From IMG/VR virus record IMGVR_UViG_3300027857_000017: DNA of 64,000 bases; one strand, given 5' to 3'. Source of the stretch: a virus. Positions 1 to 9,701 of this stretch are shown here, in pieces. The notes below the pieces were generated by a model. That model worked only from the letters and a program-made list of their open reading frames with translations, ran no database searches and was not told where the DNA came from. Within the stretch, counting starts at the first letter, position 1, and every line of letters starts with the position of its first letter. Made by a program: the position numbers and the translations under genes.

Positions 1-73
1 CGCCGTAGATGACGGCAAACCACTCCATAGCACAATGGCGCTCAAGCGTAGAAAGTAACCATACTACTCGCTT

Positions 74-481
74 GTGATGAGGACATTCCTGGTTCTGGTA
101 ATCAATGTAGGGAGCAAGAGAGGAATACAGTCTGGAAATATCAAAACTGGCATTATAGATGATCACCGCCTTGCCTTCGATGAGATCCCATATCTTCTGT
201 GCTATCAGATCAAACGTTGGTGCATCAAGGAGCATTTCATCAGTGATACCGTGAATTGCTCTTGCCCCTTCACTGATTGGCTCGGTTGGTTTGACATACC
301 CAGTGCCCAACACCTGACCAGTGTGATCACAGACCGCCCACTGGATAATTTGACCATCCAGACTGGTTGTTTCGGTATCGAAGGTGACATAGTTCCCGCG
401 AGATACCACTTGGCTCACTTCATACAGCGTATTCCAACGATCCTCCTCTCTACTCATCCTTCGCACTCCTTGAGCATCTGA
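74..481 (+). CDS. hypothetical protein, weak call
   Basis: 135-aa ORF with no recognisable motifs; may be spurious. Confidence 0.2.
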   Translation: MMRTFLVLVINVGSKRGIQSGNIKTGIIDDHRLAFDEIPYLLCYQIKRWCIKEHFISDTVNCSCPFTDWLGWFDIPSAQHLTSVITDRPLDNLTIQTGCFGIEGDIVPARYHLAHFIQRIPTILLSTHPSHSLSI

Positions 482-678
482 ATGGCTAATGCCAGGACAG
501 CCATATCTTCAGCAGTAGTATCATCATGAGAGGTATGACGCCCTTTGGCCTGCCTATACTGGAGATAAGAGAGGTCACGACCAACTTTCCGCCATAAGCG
601 TGCAATTACCTGATTCTTGCTCTGATATCCCAGTTTATGAGCTTCTTCCACTAATTCATAGAGGTCCACGTCTGCCAT
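454..678 (-). CDS. small hypothetical protein; second gene of a tight 2-gene pair
   Basis: 74-aa ORF starting 2 nt after the stop of 681-920; the spacing is typical of toxin-antitoxin pairs but no family is recognised. Confidence 0.3.
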   Translation of the reverse strand: MADVDLYELVEEAHKLGYQSKNQVIARLWRKVGRDLSYLQYRQAKGRHTSHDDTTAEDMAVLALAIQMLKECEG

Positions 679-680
679 AG

Positions 681-920
681 CTATCCCTTCCCTTCTCTTT
701 CTCCCTCTTCAAATTCAATCCACTCAATAATATAACCTCTGGTCATATATGGACCTAACTCTTGCGCTGGCATGGTCTTCTCTTCCCTATCCGGGTATCC
801 AACCATCGTGACGGTGATCTGCGTATCAAGCGGTAGAGTGTGTTTGCCATCCTCTGTGTCCGTCACCTCCATCGTCTGATCTTGCCAATCAATCACGATG
901 CTCCGAACTCTCAGTTTCAT
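681..920 (-). CDS. small hypothetical protein; first gene of the pair
   Basis: 79-aa ORF translationally coupled to 454-678. Confidence 0.3.
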   Translation of the reverse strand: MKLRVRSIVIDWQDQTMEVTDTEDGKHTLPLDTQITVTMVGYPDREEKTMPAQELGPYMTRGYIIEWIEFEEGEREGKG

Positions 921-1253
921 ACTTTTCTCCTCTTCAAAGTCTGAAAGGTAATTTTACATTGTACAAAAAAGCTACTCAAGTATGAGATGTATAACATAAG
1001 AAAAGTGTATTTGTCAAGAGACAAAGAAAAAGACCCTGGAATTCCAGGGTCTCAAGGATATCAAAGAGTTGGTAGATCTTCGATAGAAACTCACGTCTTA
1101 CTCTCACTTCGGCAATACTTTCATTGGGGTCTGCCAGATGAGGTTGTACGTCGAGTACCCCTCTAATTTGCCTGATGGCATTGACCGTTGCTTCAGCATC
1201 GTCATCACGGATATCTTTCTCTAGTACCACGATGAATGCATTGTATCGATCCG

Positions 1254-1721
1254 TCACTGTTTGTGTGCCTCTTTTCTTGTATAGATTTCTACGCGCTCAT
1301 GGATTGCCTGCAGTTTTGCTGCGAGCGGTGATGTCACTAGACCCCTTGATTTTGCCTCTTGAATGGGATCGATACGCAGATCAAGCACACGAATAAACAC
1401 GCAGTTATACCAACGATGGACTTCTCCATCCACATCCTCAATATACCAGTACGTTTCACTGGGTCGTGGCCCGTTTATCTCTTCATCCTCTTCACTCCAG
1501 TCATCGATGGGTTCCTTGACCACCTTTATGAGACGCCCAAAACGAGACCAGTTATCCTCTTGACGGGAAGATATCTCAAGAACGAGGTCACCAGGCTGCG
1601 GGTTACTGAGCACGTGGTACATCGCCTCAGTCGAGGCCGACCGGCCTCCATCGAGCGTCCTTGCCCACAGTTCTAGCGCACTTACCATGAGCAAGGAAAG
1701 CACCTGTTCTCTCTCAAACAT
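1254..1721 (-). CDS. hypothetical protein
   Basis: 155-aa acidic ORF in the leftward operon. Confidence 0.35.
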   Translation of the reverse strand: MFEREQVLSLLMVSALELWARTLDGGRSASTEAMYHVLSNPQPGDLVLEISSRQEDNWSRFGRLIKVVKEPIDDWSEEDEEINGPRPSETYWYIEDVDGEVHRWYNCVFIRVLDLRIDPIQEAKSRGLVTSPLAAKLQAIHERVEIYTRKEAHKQ

Positions 1722-1727
1722 CTTCCG

Positions 1728-2033
1728 TCAACTCCTTAAAAATGGTTCTAGTATAGCCATCGCTATACGCCTCCACCAGACTCGACGCAGGCGAAACTTC
1801 GTTATCGTTGGATGCAGCCCATGCTCATATCGGCATTCGTCCACCAATCCGGTATCCCACAGTGCATTGAGTGTGTCTATCATTACACTCATATCAGCAT
1901 CGAGGAGCGTATAGAGCGTGGCTTTGCCTGTACGTGTCTGATCTATGACCCACGTCTCATTCTCAATCTGGAGTTGTTTCATGACCATCGTAGCGGTAAT
2001 TCCCCACCCAGCAGTGATTCGTAACACTCCCAC
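1728..2033 (-). CDS. hypothetical protein
   Basis: 101-aa ORF immediately downstream of the integrase. Confidence 0.3.
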   Translation of the reverse strand: MGVLRITAGWGITATMVMKQLQIENETWVIDQTRTGKATLYTLLDADMSVMIDTLNALWDTGLVDECRYEHGLHPTITKFRLRRVWWRRIAMAILEPFLRS

Positions 2034-2052
2034 TCATTTATTCTCTTTCACT

Positions 2053-3096
2053 CTAGTAATCAAGATGTACTCCACTGTTTGCTATCTTATTCCGCTCAAC
2101 ATAACGACTATACGGCACTGTGATACCAGACCACCCACCGGCATCAGCCAGATCAACAATATTCGTCCCACCATTTTTTGCGGACGTTGCCCAGGTGTGG
2201 CGTCCATCATGGGCAGAGAGATTATCTATCCCTATTCTCTTGCCAAGCGCATTCACACGAGCTGTGATAGCCCGTTTTGACATACAGCCCTGGAGGCGGG
2301 TTCCCCCTTTCCCCCTCTGACTTCCCATTAAGAGCAGGTCATTCAGTGAGAGATTAGTATACTGGAAGTAGTTCATCAAAGCCAGTATCGTATCGCCAGT
2401 TAATTTGTGGTTTTGATGTTTCCCCACCTTCTCCCGATAAAAGGCGATTTGCCCAGCACTCATGTCGATATGGGATCTTTTCAGTTGCGCCAGCTCACCA
2501 CACCGCAATCCGTGATCAAAGAAGAGACAAATGAGCACACGATCACGCCAACCTTGTGGTGTATCAGGCTGATCCTTCAGTTGAGCAACCTGCTCCTTAG
2601 AGAGGACAATGGCATCAGGCTTTTTGCCTCCAATACGCACTACCTCTCTATTGCGGTCTACATTGCGCCCCTCTTTGTGACTATACCCTTTGACCATCTT
2701 GATAAGTGCTAATTCTGCTACCGGAAGATGTCCCGCAGAAGTGGCAAGTTGGCAGAGCGTTTTAATCACCGAGAGTCTCACGCCAATAGAACCGATGGTA
2801 TATCCCTTTTGTAACTGCCAACGAACAAAGCCATTGATGATTCCATGCGTCATATGTTGCCACGCACTCAAATCTACATCGGCTTCTTGCCAATGTGCCA
2901 GATCAAGGATGATGCCAGAACAGGCTATTCCTGCTTCTTTGAGGTAGATACCAAACACATTGAGTCCGTTGGCAAAACTACGAATAGTTTCAGGTGATCT
3001 TCGCTCCAGGTAGTGACGCACGATATTCTGGCGGGTCACCTCATCAGCGACCCGTCCAGCAACTTCTAGGGAGGAGTAGGGGATGAGGTCAGTCAT
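2053..3096 (-). CDS. int: tyrosine-type site-specific recombinase / phage integrase
   Basis: 347 aa; LRCGEL (box I Arg), HDGRHTWAT (H-x-x-R-H box II) and C-terminal catalytic Tyr in VPYSRY, all typical of the Xer/lambda integrase family. Confidence 0.85.
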   Translation of the reverse strand: MTDLIPYSSLEVAGRVADEVTRQNIVRHYLERRSPETIRSFANGLNVFGIYLKEAGIACSGIILDLAHWQEADVDLSAWQHMTHGIINGFVRWQLQKGYTIGSIGVRLSVIKTLCQLATSAGHLPVAELALIKMVKGYSHKEGRNVDRNREVVRIGGKKPDAIVLSKEQVAQLKDQPDTPQGWRDRVLICLFFDHGLRCGELAQLKRSHIDMSAGQIAFYREKVGKHQNHKLTGDTILALMNYFQYTNLSLNDLLLMGSQRGKGGTRLQGCMSKRAITARVNALGKRIGIDNLSAHDGRHTWATSAKNGGTNIVDLADAGGWSGITVPYSRYVERNKIANSGVHLDY

Positions 3097-3569
3097 ATGG
3101 TGACACCCTCCTCTTGAGGCGTTCCCACAATTCCTGTTTTACTTTTTCGCACTGCATCGGCATAGTTGTACGCCTCCATAAATTTCTCATGGAGTGTATT
3201 TGCCATTTCATAGTTTCCTTCACGCTTTGCCGCATAGCAGGCAGAAAGAGCTTCTTGTTTTACTTTCTCAGCAGCATCAATGCGTTCCTGTCTTTCCTTG
3301 CGTTTCACCTCGCGCTTTTCCTGTTGGATTTGCCTACGTTTCTCTGGGGATGGGGTGTAATGCGGATCATCTTCTGGTAATGAATAGTAAAATGACAGAG
3401 GGGCATCACTACCACCACGTTTTGCACCATGCGCCATGCCTCCACACCGACAATGGCAGGACTCTTCACGAGCCTCCTCACACCTTTTGGCTTGATGCTC
3501 AGTTAACTTTTTCATCATCTCTTCTTTCCTTCTGCCCTTGCGCGTAGAAGTATGAGACAATTTGACCAT
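3093..3569 (-). CDS. basic, coiled-coil, Cys/His-containing hypothetical protein
   Basis: 158 aa; stop overlaps the integrase start by 4 nt (coupled). This is the position usually held by an excisionase or accessory factor, but no HTH is recognisable. Confidence 0.4.
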   Translation of the reverse strand: MVKLSHTSTRKGRRKEEMMKKLTEHQAKRCEEAREESCHCRCGGMAHGAKRGGSDAPLSFYYSLPEDDPHYTPSPEKRRQIQQEKREVKRKERQERIDAAEKVKQEALSACYAAKREGNYEMANTLHEKFMEAYNYADAVRKSKTGIVGTPQEEGVTI

Positions 3570-3768
3570 CTTTCTCCGCTTGCTCTAACCTGGCTACAGT
3601 AAAGCCGAGATATTCAGATGTCAGTTCGGCATGGTAGATCGTGAAAAAGTTGCTAATCTCTCCCGTTTGGAGATGAACATGAGGAAGTTCAGGTATACCG
3701 GCAAGATTATATCTCGTCACAATCTCTAGCGTGTAGGTATTTTGTCGTCCCATTTTTCGCCTTTCCAT
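3499..3768 (-). CDS. hypothetical protein
   Basis: 89-aa ORF; sigma70-like promoter (TTGATT-17-TATACT on the minus strand) about 80 nt upstream. Confidence 0.35.
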   Translation of the reverse strand: MERRKMGRQNTYTLEIVTRYNLAGIPELPHVHLQTGEISNFFTIYHAELTSEYLGFTVARLEQAEKDGQIVSYFYAQGQKERRDDEKVN

Positions 3769-3845
3769 TGACTATCGCTATGCGTTTTTTGGCCCTTTTG
3801 TTTTGCCTACCGATTTGGTTTGCTAATCGGTATCTATTTCTTTCA

Positions 3846-3874
3846 AGTATACGCTATCGATGAAGAGAAATCAA
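3846..3874 (-). promoter_or_regulatory. sigma70-like promoter, leftward
   Basis: minus strand TTGATT, 17-nt spacer, TATACT. Confidence 0.45.
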
Positions 3875-4032
3875 CTGTTTTGGAAGATACGTCAGGAAAT
3901 TGGTGAATAATTTATAATAAAGCGTGCTACTGCTGATTTGGTGGAAGAAACGGAGAGGTATGCAGGACGACGGTGATGAAAGAGGAGGAAGTCTCCCCTC
4001 CTCTTTCATCACCGTCTCTGGATAGGGGGTGA

Positions 4033-4344
4033 TCACCAACCCCATCGACCACAAATTTCTTCCCACTTCCAGTAGCGTTCATCCCATTCCCAGTGGTCGG
4101 GATCGTCGTAGACCGTCGTGTCTTCATTTTTCACTGGCACCCATTCAGGATCGACGATATGAATGCAGATGGCTTCAAGATTTTTGCCATCTTTCGCGGT
4201 GAGTCCGGTATCACCACCGCTGTCGATGTCAGTTCCGCTATACTCTTCAGCCAATGTATCGAGGAGTTCCAGGTCTAGTTTGTTGCGGTCATAGAGCGTG
4301 ATGATGGTATGCTGAAATGTGCTATAGGCTGCATTATTTCCCAC
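4033..4344 (-). CDS. hypothetical acidic protein
   Basis: 103-aa ORF. Confidence 0.3.
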   Translation of the reverse strand: MGNNAAYSTFQHTIITLYDRNKLDLELLDTLAEEYSGTDIDSGGDTGLTAKDGKNLEAICIHIVDPEWVPVKNEDTTVYDDPDHWEWDERYWKWEEICGRWGW

Positions 4345-4853
4345 GATTCATTCTCCTATTGGAGCCAACGTCAGACGAACACTACAATCACCCTGCCCAT
4401 ACTGGGATTGGTGGTCAATACAATGGACCGTGACCTGAATACTCCCATCAGGTTGTGGCTCAGGTTCACTTGTCTCTTCTTCTCGCATGAGCAGTTCGAG
4501 AATACGCTGCATGAATGCTTGTGGCGTCGTGGGTCCATCAAGATTGGGCATCTGAATGCTCCTCTCCAACCAGATTCTTGGTCCGCTGCCTCAACTCAGT
4601 CCACCGATGCTCAAATGCCGTATACTCACCAGCCACAATGGTTTCGTGATCCTCTGCCAGTCTCTCCCAATCCAGGGCGAGTTGTTGCAACGGCGTGATG
4701 TAGTCTCTGGTGATTAACGACGCCAATCGGGTCACGTCACACCTCATTTTATCGTCCATCTCTTCCCATGTAGTTGCCTCTTCCTTTGATGCAACTACCA
4801 ATGCCAGATCGCTCAATGCTTTGCCTGTTAGTTTCATAGGTGTGTCCTCCTAT

Positions 4854-5216
4854 TCAATTGGATGTACGTTTGCGAGACTTTGCAGCTTTTGCGAAGGGCA
4901 GATCCCAGTTATCGTGGACCCTCTGCCAGTTGATCTCTTCCGGTTTTGCGTCTGCCCGCCCGGTCTGCATAAGCTTCGCAAACTGTTGCTGCACCCGTGG
5001 ATCGAGGAGCATCTGCTTGCCTGTCGGGTTCATTTCCATAAGTATGGAAAGTTGTGATCTATTCTTCATGAAGTCAGTCACAGCACAATCAGGGCACCAG
5101 CCGCTGATCTCTGGATTGGTCGCATGTCTGAGGAGCCTCGCCTCTTCATTGGCTGTCTCTGCCAACCTGAGTGCCACTCCACAACGACTACAATTGACGA
5201 TACGAATGTCTAACAT
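4854..5216 (-). CDS. zinc-ribbon hypothetical protein
   Basis: CSRCG ... CPDC pair of CxxC motifs. Confidence 0.4.
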   Translation of the reverse strand: MLDIRIVNCSRCGVALRLAETANEEARLLRHATNPEISGWCPDCAVTDFMKNRSQLSILMEMNPTGKQMLLDPRVQQQFAKLMQTGRADAKPEEINWQRVHDNWDLPFAKAAKSRKRTSN

Positions 5217-5710
5217 GATAGATCCTCTTGCCTTTCTAAAACAAATCGCGCTACGGCTTCACCTATACGGCGATCAACCTCTTTATCAGGTTCGCTCAAT
5301 CCATCCCATTCAACCAACCATGAGGGTTTCGGGTCTGACTGCTCTTTTGCCCAGGCAATCCAGACGGAGCGGACCAGTTGTCCCAATATCTCTCGGTCAA
5401 GGTCTCCTTCAGTGCGTTGCTCTCTTGGTGCCTTATACCCGTATGCTTTCTTGACCAGATCTGCACGCTCTTCCCAGGTGATTTCTTTGGCACCGAGTCG
5501 GACCGCTTGACGGCGCTTATTCGGAGTTAAGTCGTAGTGGTGCATGGCGACGTTCTTGTGATGACACTGGAACCAGGATCTCTTGAGTCCAAGCTTCTCC
5601 GCGAATGCATGCAGTTCTTCAGTTGTATCAGCGGTCATGTGACAAGCTTGACTGTACGGCCACTTATCCGACTTGGCACAGTTGAAGAGAGGATCAACGT
5701 ATATTGGCAT
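5210..5710 (-). CDS. DUF4031-domain protein
   Basis: N-terminus MPIYVDP...ELHAFAEKLGLKRSWFQ...HHYDL matches the conserved DUF4031 pattern found in phages and Actinobacteria. Confidence 0.55.
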   Translation of the reverse strand: MPIYVDPLFNCAKSDKWPYSQACHMTADTTEELHAFAEKLGLKRSWFQCHHKNVAMHHYDLTPNKRRQAVRLGAKEITWEERADLVKKAYGYKAPREQRTEGDLDREILGQLVRSVWIAWAKEQSDPKPSWLVEWDGLSEPDKEVDRRIGEAVARFVLERQEDLSC

Positions 5711-5881
5711 CGTTCGCCTTGCCTTCCATTGATAGAGGTACTCTCTCCCATGTCCGCCTCGTTGCCACTATGGCTTCATCTCGTTCGTGACCTCGACAAA
5801 AACGCATGTCTTTCGTCTTCGTGCCAAACATCTGAAGGAGTAGGGCAACCTCTAGTTGGCAATGATAACATCGGCACACCT

Positions 5882-6697
5882 TTATGGCGTTATCCCTTCC
5901 AGAACTGACATCGATACAGGGAAGAGTTTCAATTGTCCTTTATATGGTATAGGCTCAATAGGTTGCGCATTCTCCAACACAAACCCATACTTCCCGAAAA
6001 ACCAGGGGCTTTCGCTCTCGGTTACCACATTTACGAGATCCGCACGCCCCACGATTGCACTTATTGGATACCCTGCCTTCGTATAAGGAACATATCCATC
6101 AAGTCCAAATTTGTCCAGATAGATCTGGGAGATGTACTCATTCCCTTTGCAAAACCAAGCAGGATCATACTTTGCACCTGCGTGAATGAGAAGTGGTCCA
6201 CGATACGCTGTCGTCCACTCTCTATTCTCGATGTCCTTGAACTTGTTGACAATGAGATAGGACCAGGGTTGCATAATAGACAAACAGGGAATGGTGTCTG
6301 GTGTAGCAGCGGAATCAGGTGAAACTATCTCTATCCATGGCAGCGATTGTTTTAGAGCATCGAGAATAGTATAACGATGACAACCTGTGTGAGCACACTG
6401 ACACAAGAGAATGAGATCGTACCCCTCCTGCAGATACATCATCAGTCCCTTGACGCCCTTCTCAATGTCCACAATTTTGAGAGGTCCACCTTTGAAGTTG
6501 AGGTTCCCAAGACAGTAACCTGCTTGCCGGTATCTTGCGCCATATTTCTTCCTGAGCGCCGCCTCAGTCCATTCAGGTCGCCATGAGTGAGGTTTGAGGC
6601 GGGTATCGATTAACAATACCCGCTCATCTCTCATCAGATGCTCAACCTGGCCAGCGGCACCATAGGCACTGTAGCCATAATGATGGACTCGCATCAT
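5882..6697 (-). CDS. DUF488-ASCH fusion protein
   Basis: N-terminal half has the DUF488 signature LLCQCAHTGCHR. C-terminal half has the ASCH beta-barrel signature MQPWSYLIVNKFKDIENREW (a putative RNA/DNA-binding domain). Confidence 0.55.
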   Translation of the reverse strand: MMRVHHYGYSAYGAAGQVEHLMRDERVLLIDTRLKPHSWRPEWTEAALRKKYGARYRQAGYCLGNLNFKGGPLKIVDIEKGVKGLMMYLQEGYDLILLCQCAHTGCHRYTILDALKQSLPWIEIVSPDSAATPDTIPCLSIMQPWSYLIVNKFKDIENREWTTAYRGPLLIHAGAKYDPAWFCKGNEYISQIYLDKFGLDGYVPYTKAGYPISAIVGRADLVNVVTESESPWFFGKYGFVLENAQPIEPIPYKGQLKLFPVSMSVLEGITP

Positions 6698-6708
6698 CGC
6701 ACATCCCC

Positions 6709-7695
6709 CTACATATCATGAAACGAGTTGAAATTGCGAATCTCATCATCACTCACCATCCCGTGATTGAGCCTCTCCATGAACGGCAAAAACACTGGCA
6801 GAGTCTGACACCTCTCGCAAAGAGCGTTGTAGGATATGTCATTTTGACGGTAAACAATCTGCTTCTGTTCAAACCAGCCTTTGCAATGAGCACACCGCGT
6901 CGTGCTACGCATAGGAAACTGCCGCCACATCTGCCCATCTAATTCTTCATGCTGCCCAGACCGGAATGCTGACCCCTGTTTGTAGAAAAAGCTAACCTCT
7001 TGAGTAAGACATCGGTCTCGTAGGTCACGCGCCCAGTCAAGATCCATCGGGCGATACCCTTTACCGCTCTCTCCACCCACTATGACCCAGTGGATACCTT
7101 CAAGGTTGAGTGATGGGAGTGGTCCCAAGAGTGGCTCACAGGATAAGAAGCGTACTGCTACAGGGACTTCGCGTAGGGCATCAGCTCGTGGTGTGAGATC
7201 GTCGGTCTCGATGGAGACCCCCATCCAGACATTAGCAGGCCAGTTGAGTTGTGGACCCAACCGACGCAGGCGACCAACACGCTTTGTCAGGATCTGGAAG
7301 ATATGCCAGTCAGCTCGTCGCATCACATCTAGGCAGGCGCGAATATACTCATCTGGCACCTGGCTATGGAACAGGTCAGACATACTATTGACGAAGAAAC
7401 GTTGAGGCTTCTTAATGTGGAGAGGATCTTCTAACCTCTGAGGGAGTAGTTGAATCTCAGAGAAGGGTTTATGGTACTGCACAGGCATGGCATGACCAGC
7501 GTTATAAGCAGCATGTCGCATATCATGAAGCGCAAAAGCATAGCAATTTTGACATCCAGAGGTAACGCGCGTACATCCGGTGACAGGGTTCCAGCTTTTG
7601 TCTGTCCATGCAATAGAGGTATTTCCGCTCACTTCGTGTTCTCCTTCTCTTGTACTATGAGGTTTTGTTTGGCTTTTTTCGTTGTTGCTCAACAT
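6709..7695 (-). CDS. phage Gp37/Gp68 family protein (DUF5131)
   Basis: IAWTDKSWNPVTGCTRVTSGCQNCYA N-terminal motif is diagnostic of PF07505. Confidence 0.7.
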   Translation of the reverse strand: MLSNNEKSQTKPHSTREGEHEVSGNTSIAWTDKSWNPVTGCTRVTSGCQNCYAFALHDMRHAAYNAGHAMPVQYHKPFSEIQLLPQRLEDPLHIKKPQRFFVNSMSDLFHSQVPDEYIRACLDVMRRADWHIFQILTKRVGRLRRLGPQLNWPANVWMGVSIETDDLTPRADALREVPVAVRFLSCEPLLGPLPSLNLEGIHWVIVGGESGKGYRPMDLDWARDLRDRCLTQEVSFFYKQGSAFRSGQHEELDGQMWRQFPMRSTTRCAHCKGWFEQKQIVYRQNDISYNALCERCQTLPVFLPFMERLNHGMVSDDEIRNFNSFHDM

Positions 7696-7997
7696 CTCCG
7701 TTGATTTTCGTCAGATGGGAAGCCTTAAGATCAGGATCAGCAATGGGTGTGCCGAGAAGGTGAACCAGATACTTCGGCCAGCGATCCGCTATCTGGGCAT
7801 CAGCAATGTGATAGGCATTCGCCCACGCAGATTTTGCCTTATCAACATCAGATGGAGATGATTCCACGGGGCTATCCACGATACGATGCTCCTCCTGCAA
7901 TTCTGGAGCAAACTGAGTCCCATAGCCTAATGCTGCCAATGCTCGCCCTATACTTCCAGTTTCTGAGCTTTCCAGTCATACATGAATTGCCCTCTTT

Positions 7998-8369
7998 CTA
8001 GCTTTCTGCCTGGATGATCAGTTCACCTGGTTGAAACGTGCATTCAATAGCACCGTGTTCACCCCATGCATCATCAACAATCCGGCGCACATGCACACCC
8101 AAGCTCGTTACAGAGAGCACCTTACCGGTCCAGAGTGGGTCATTTCTCTGGGTGACAGTCGTACCTGGCTGAATCCACTGGTACTCTTCGAGTTCAAAAC
8201 ACGTCTCGCAGTAGCGCAGATGGTTGTATTCGTTGCGCCAGACGTGCCCATTGGCTCGGCACTGTGCATCTCGTTTCATTTGCGCAGCTTCCATCTTGGT
8301 CCGACGTATACTCTCTTTCGTTGTTCTAGGCATAATTGGACTCATGACTTCCTTGAACCAGCAGAACAT
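7998..8369 (-). CDS. hypothetical protein
   Basis: 123-aa ORF. Confidence 0.3.
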   Translation of the reverse strand: MFCWFKEVMSPIMPRTTKESIRRTKMEAAQMKRDAQCRANGHVWRNEYNHLRYCETCFELEEYQWIQPGTTVTQRNDPLWTGKVLSVTSLGVHVRRIVDDAWGEHGAIECTFQPGELIIQAES

Positions 8370-8818
8370 GAGACAAAAGTAAGTTCATACGATTTCATCG
8401 TCTCTTCATCCAGGTACGTAGGCACAGCTATATACGTGTGGTATCCTGTCTGATACCTCTCAGATGGCATAAACACAGCATCGGGTATCCTCGCCCATGC
8501 TGCACTCATGGGGCGGCACGCTGACCCGTAGACGAGGTAAGATGCCATTTCCAGACCAAGTAACTCACCATACTGGACAAGAAGTGCAAGCATTGCTGGG
8601 GAGTGGACTTGACGTTGTTCTACTGCTTCTTGAAACTGGTGAGGAGAGACAAACTGAGCATCTTCTCCGTACCTTGCTTGCATTCGCGTCTTCAAGTCAT
8701 TCAGATCCTCGAAACCGCCATCACTTCGCTCAAGAGGAGCACTGTTCTCTGGTGTGAGAATGAGGGCACGTAAGTATCCCTCTGCGTTTCTGGTTGCAGT
8801 GAAAATCGTCTTCATCAT
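8342..8818 (-). CDS. hypothetical protein
   Basis: 158-aa ORF. Confidence 0.35.
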   Translation of the reverse strand: MMKTIFTATRNAEGYLRALILTPENSAPLERSDGGFEDLNDLKTRMQARYGEDAQFVSPHQFQEAVEQRQVHSPAMLALLVQYGELLGLEMASYLVYGSACRPMSAAWARIPDAVFMPSERYQTGYHTYIAVPTYLDEETMKSYELTFVSCSAGSRKS

Positions 8819-9048
8819 CTTTCCCCTTCTTCTCGGTTTTGTAGGTAGGCGTGAGTGACTTGAGCAGGAGTAAGGAGGACCTCAACCTCTTCATCATAGT
8901 TACGCTGCATCCTTACGCCGGAGCGGAAGACAACAAAATGCTGTCGCGTCCCTTCTGGTCTCATTTTGTATCCAACACTCCCATCAGACAGGCGGACGAT
9001 GCTATAATTTTCTACGTGGATGAGGAAACTCATTGTCTTCTCCATCAT
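8815..9048 (-). CDS. hypothetical protein
   Basis: 77-aa ORF, coupled with the neighbouring genes. Confidence 0.3.
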   Translation of the reverse strand: MMEKTMSFLIHVENYSIVRLSDGSVGYKMRPEGTRQHFVVFRSGVRMQRNYDEEVEVLLTPAQVTHAYLQNREEGER

Positions 9049-9072
9049 TTCATTCCTTTCTCTTCATTCGTA

Positions 9073-9531
9073 CTATGAATACATTTTCTGACAACATCCG
9101 CCGCACATTTCGTGCTCATGTCCTGCTTTCACAAGGTGTCCACACTCATGGGAGTAGGCTGGCTCAATACGAGGATCGCCAACCATCTCATAGACATTGC
9201 GAATGGTTGCCAACTTTTGCATATTGCGCTCTTCTGCAACAGCAGCAATCTCATCAGGGGTCATAACCAATTCTTGATACGCTGGAAGGTTTGCACTAAG
9301 AACTGCTGCGACATGATAACAATGCCCAGTATAGGAATGACCAGCACATTCTTTTCCATGAGGCTTTTTGCTGCGGCAAGAGGTCTTCCCATTGGGAGCG
9401 ATAACTACGAAATACACTTCTTCTTGGTCATTGGTCACTTTGGCGCAGATCATACCCGATGGCTTGATCATGCCGCTGATCTCAAGTTTACGATTCTTTT
9501 TATGCCCATCCTTGACTAGTGTGCTGACCAT
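9073..9531 (-). CDS. Cys/His-rich putative zinc-binding protein (SWIM-like)
   Basis: several C/H clusters (SCRSKKPHGKEC..HCYH, HECGH, CGGCC); first gene of the leftward operon. Confidence 0.4.
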   Translation of the reverse strand: MVSTLVKDGHKKNRKLEISGMIKPSGMICAKVTNDQEEVYFVVIAPNGKTSCRSKKPHGKECAGHSYTGHCYHVAAVLSANLPAYQELVMTPDEIAAVAEERNMQKLATIRNVYEMVGDPRIEPAYSHECGHLVKAGHEHEMCGGCCQKMYS

Positions 9532-9623
9532 TGGTACACTTCCTTTGCTACTCGCTTCCCTTTCCTGTGTCTTGACGGTCCAGGCGGTGAAGCGTTTTTC
9601 TTTCTCTCTACTCTTTAATTATA

Positions 9624-9696
9624 ATATGACTTAGGTCATAAGTCAAGCTTTTTCATAGGTATTTTGTGGGGTTGACAAAATTACCTAAGTCATATT
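9624..9696. promoter_or_regulatory. divergent promoter/operator region with inverted repeats
   Basis: ATATGACTTAGGT at 9624-9636 is the reverse complement of ACCTAAGTCATAT at 9684-9696. The first copy is itself a near-palindrome (TATGAC-4-GTCATA). A TTGACA box lies between them at 9672-9677. Genes diverge on both sides. Confidence 0.5.
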
Positions 9697-9701
9697 AAAC
9701 T

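Noticed and set aside
3927-4127. ORFs 3854-4066 and 3927-4127 overlapping the 18-bp hairpin
   Set aside because: Mutually overlapping, proline/glycine-rich translations of a palindromic intergenic region; spurious.
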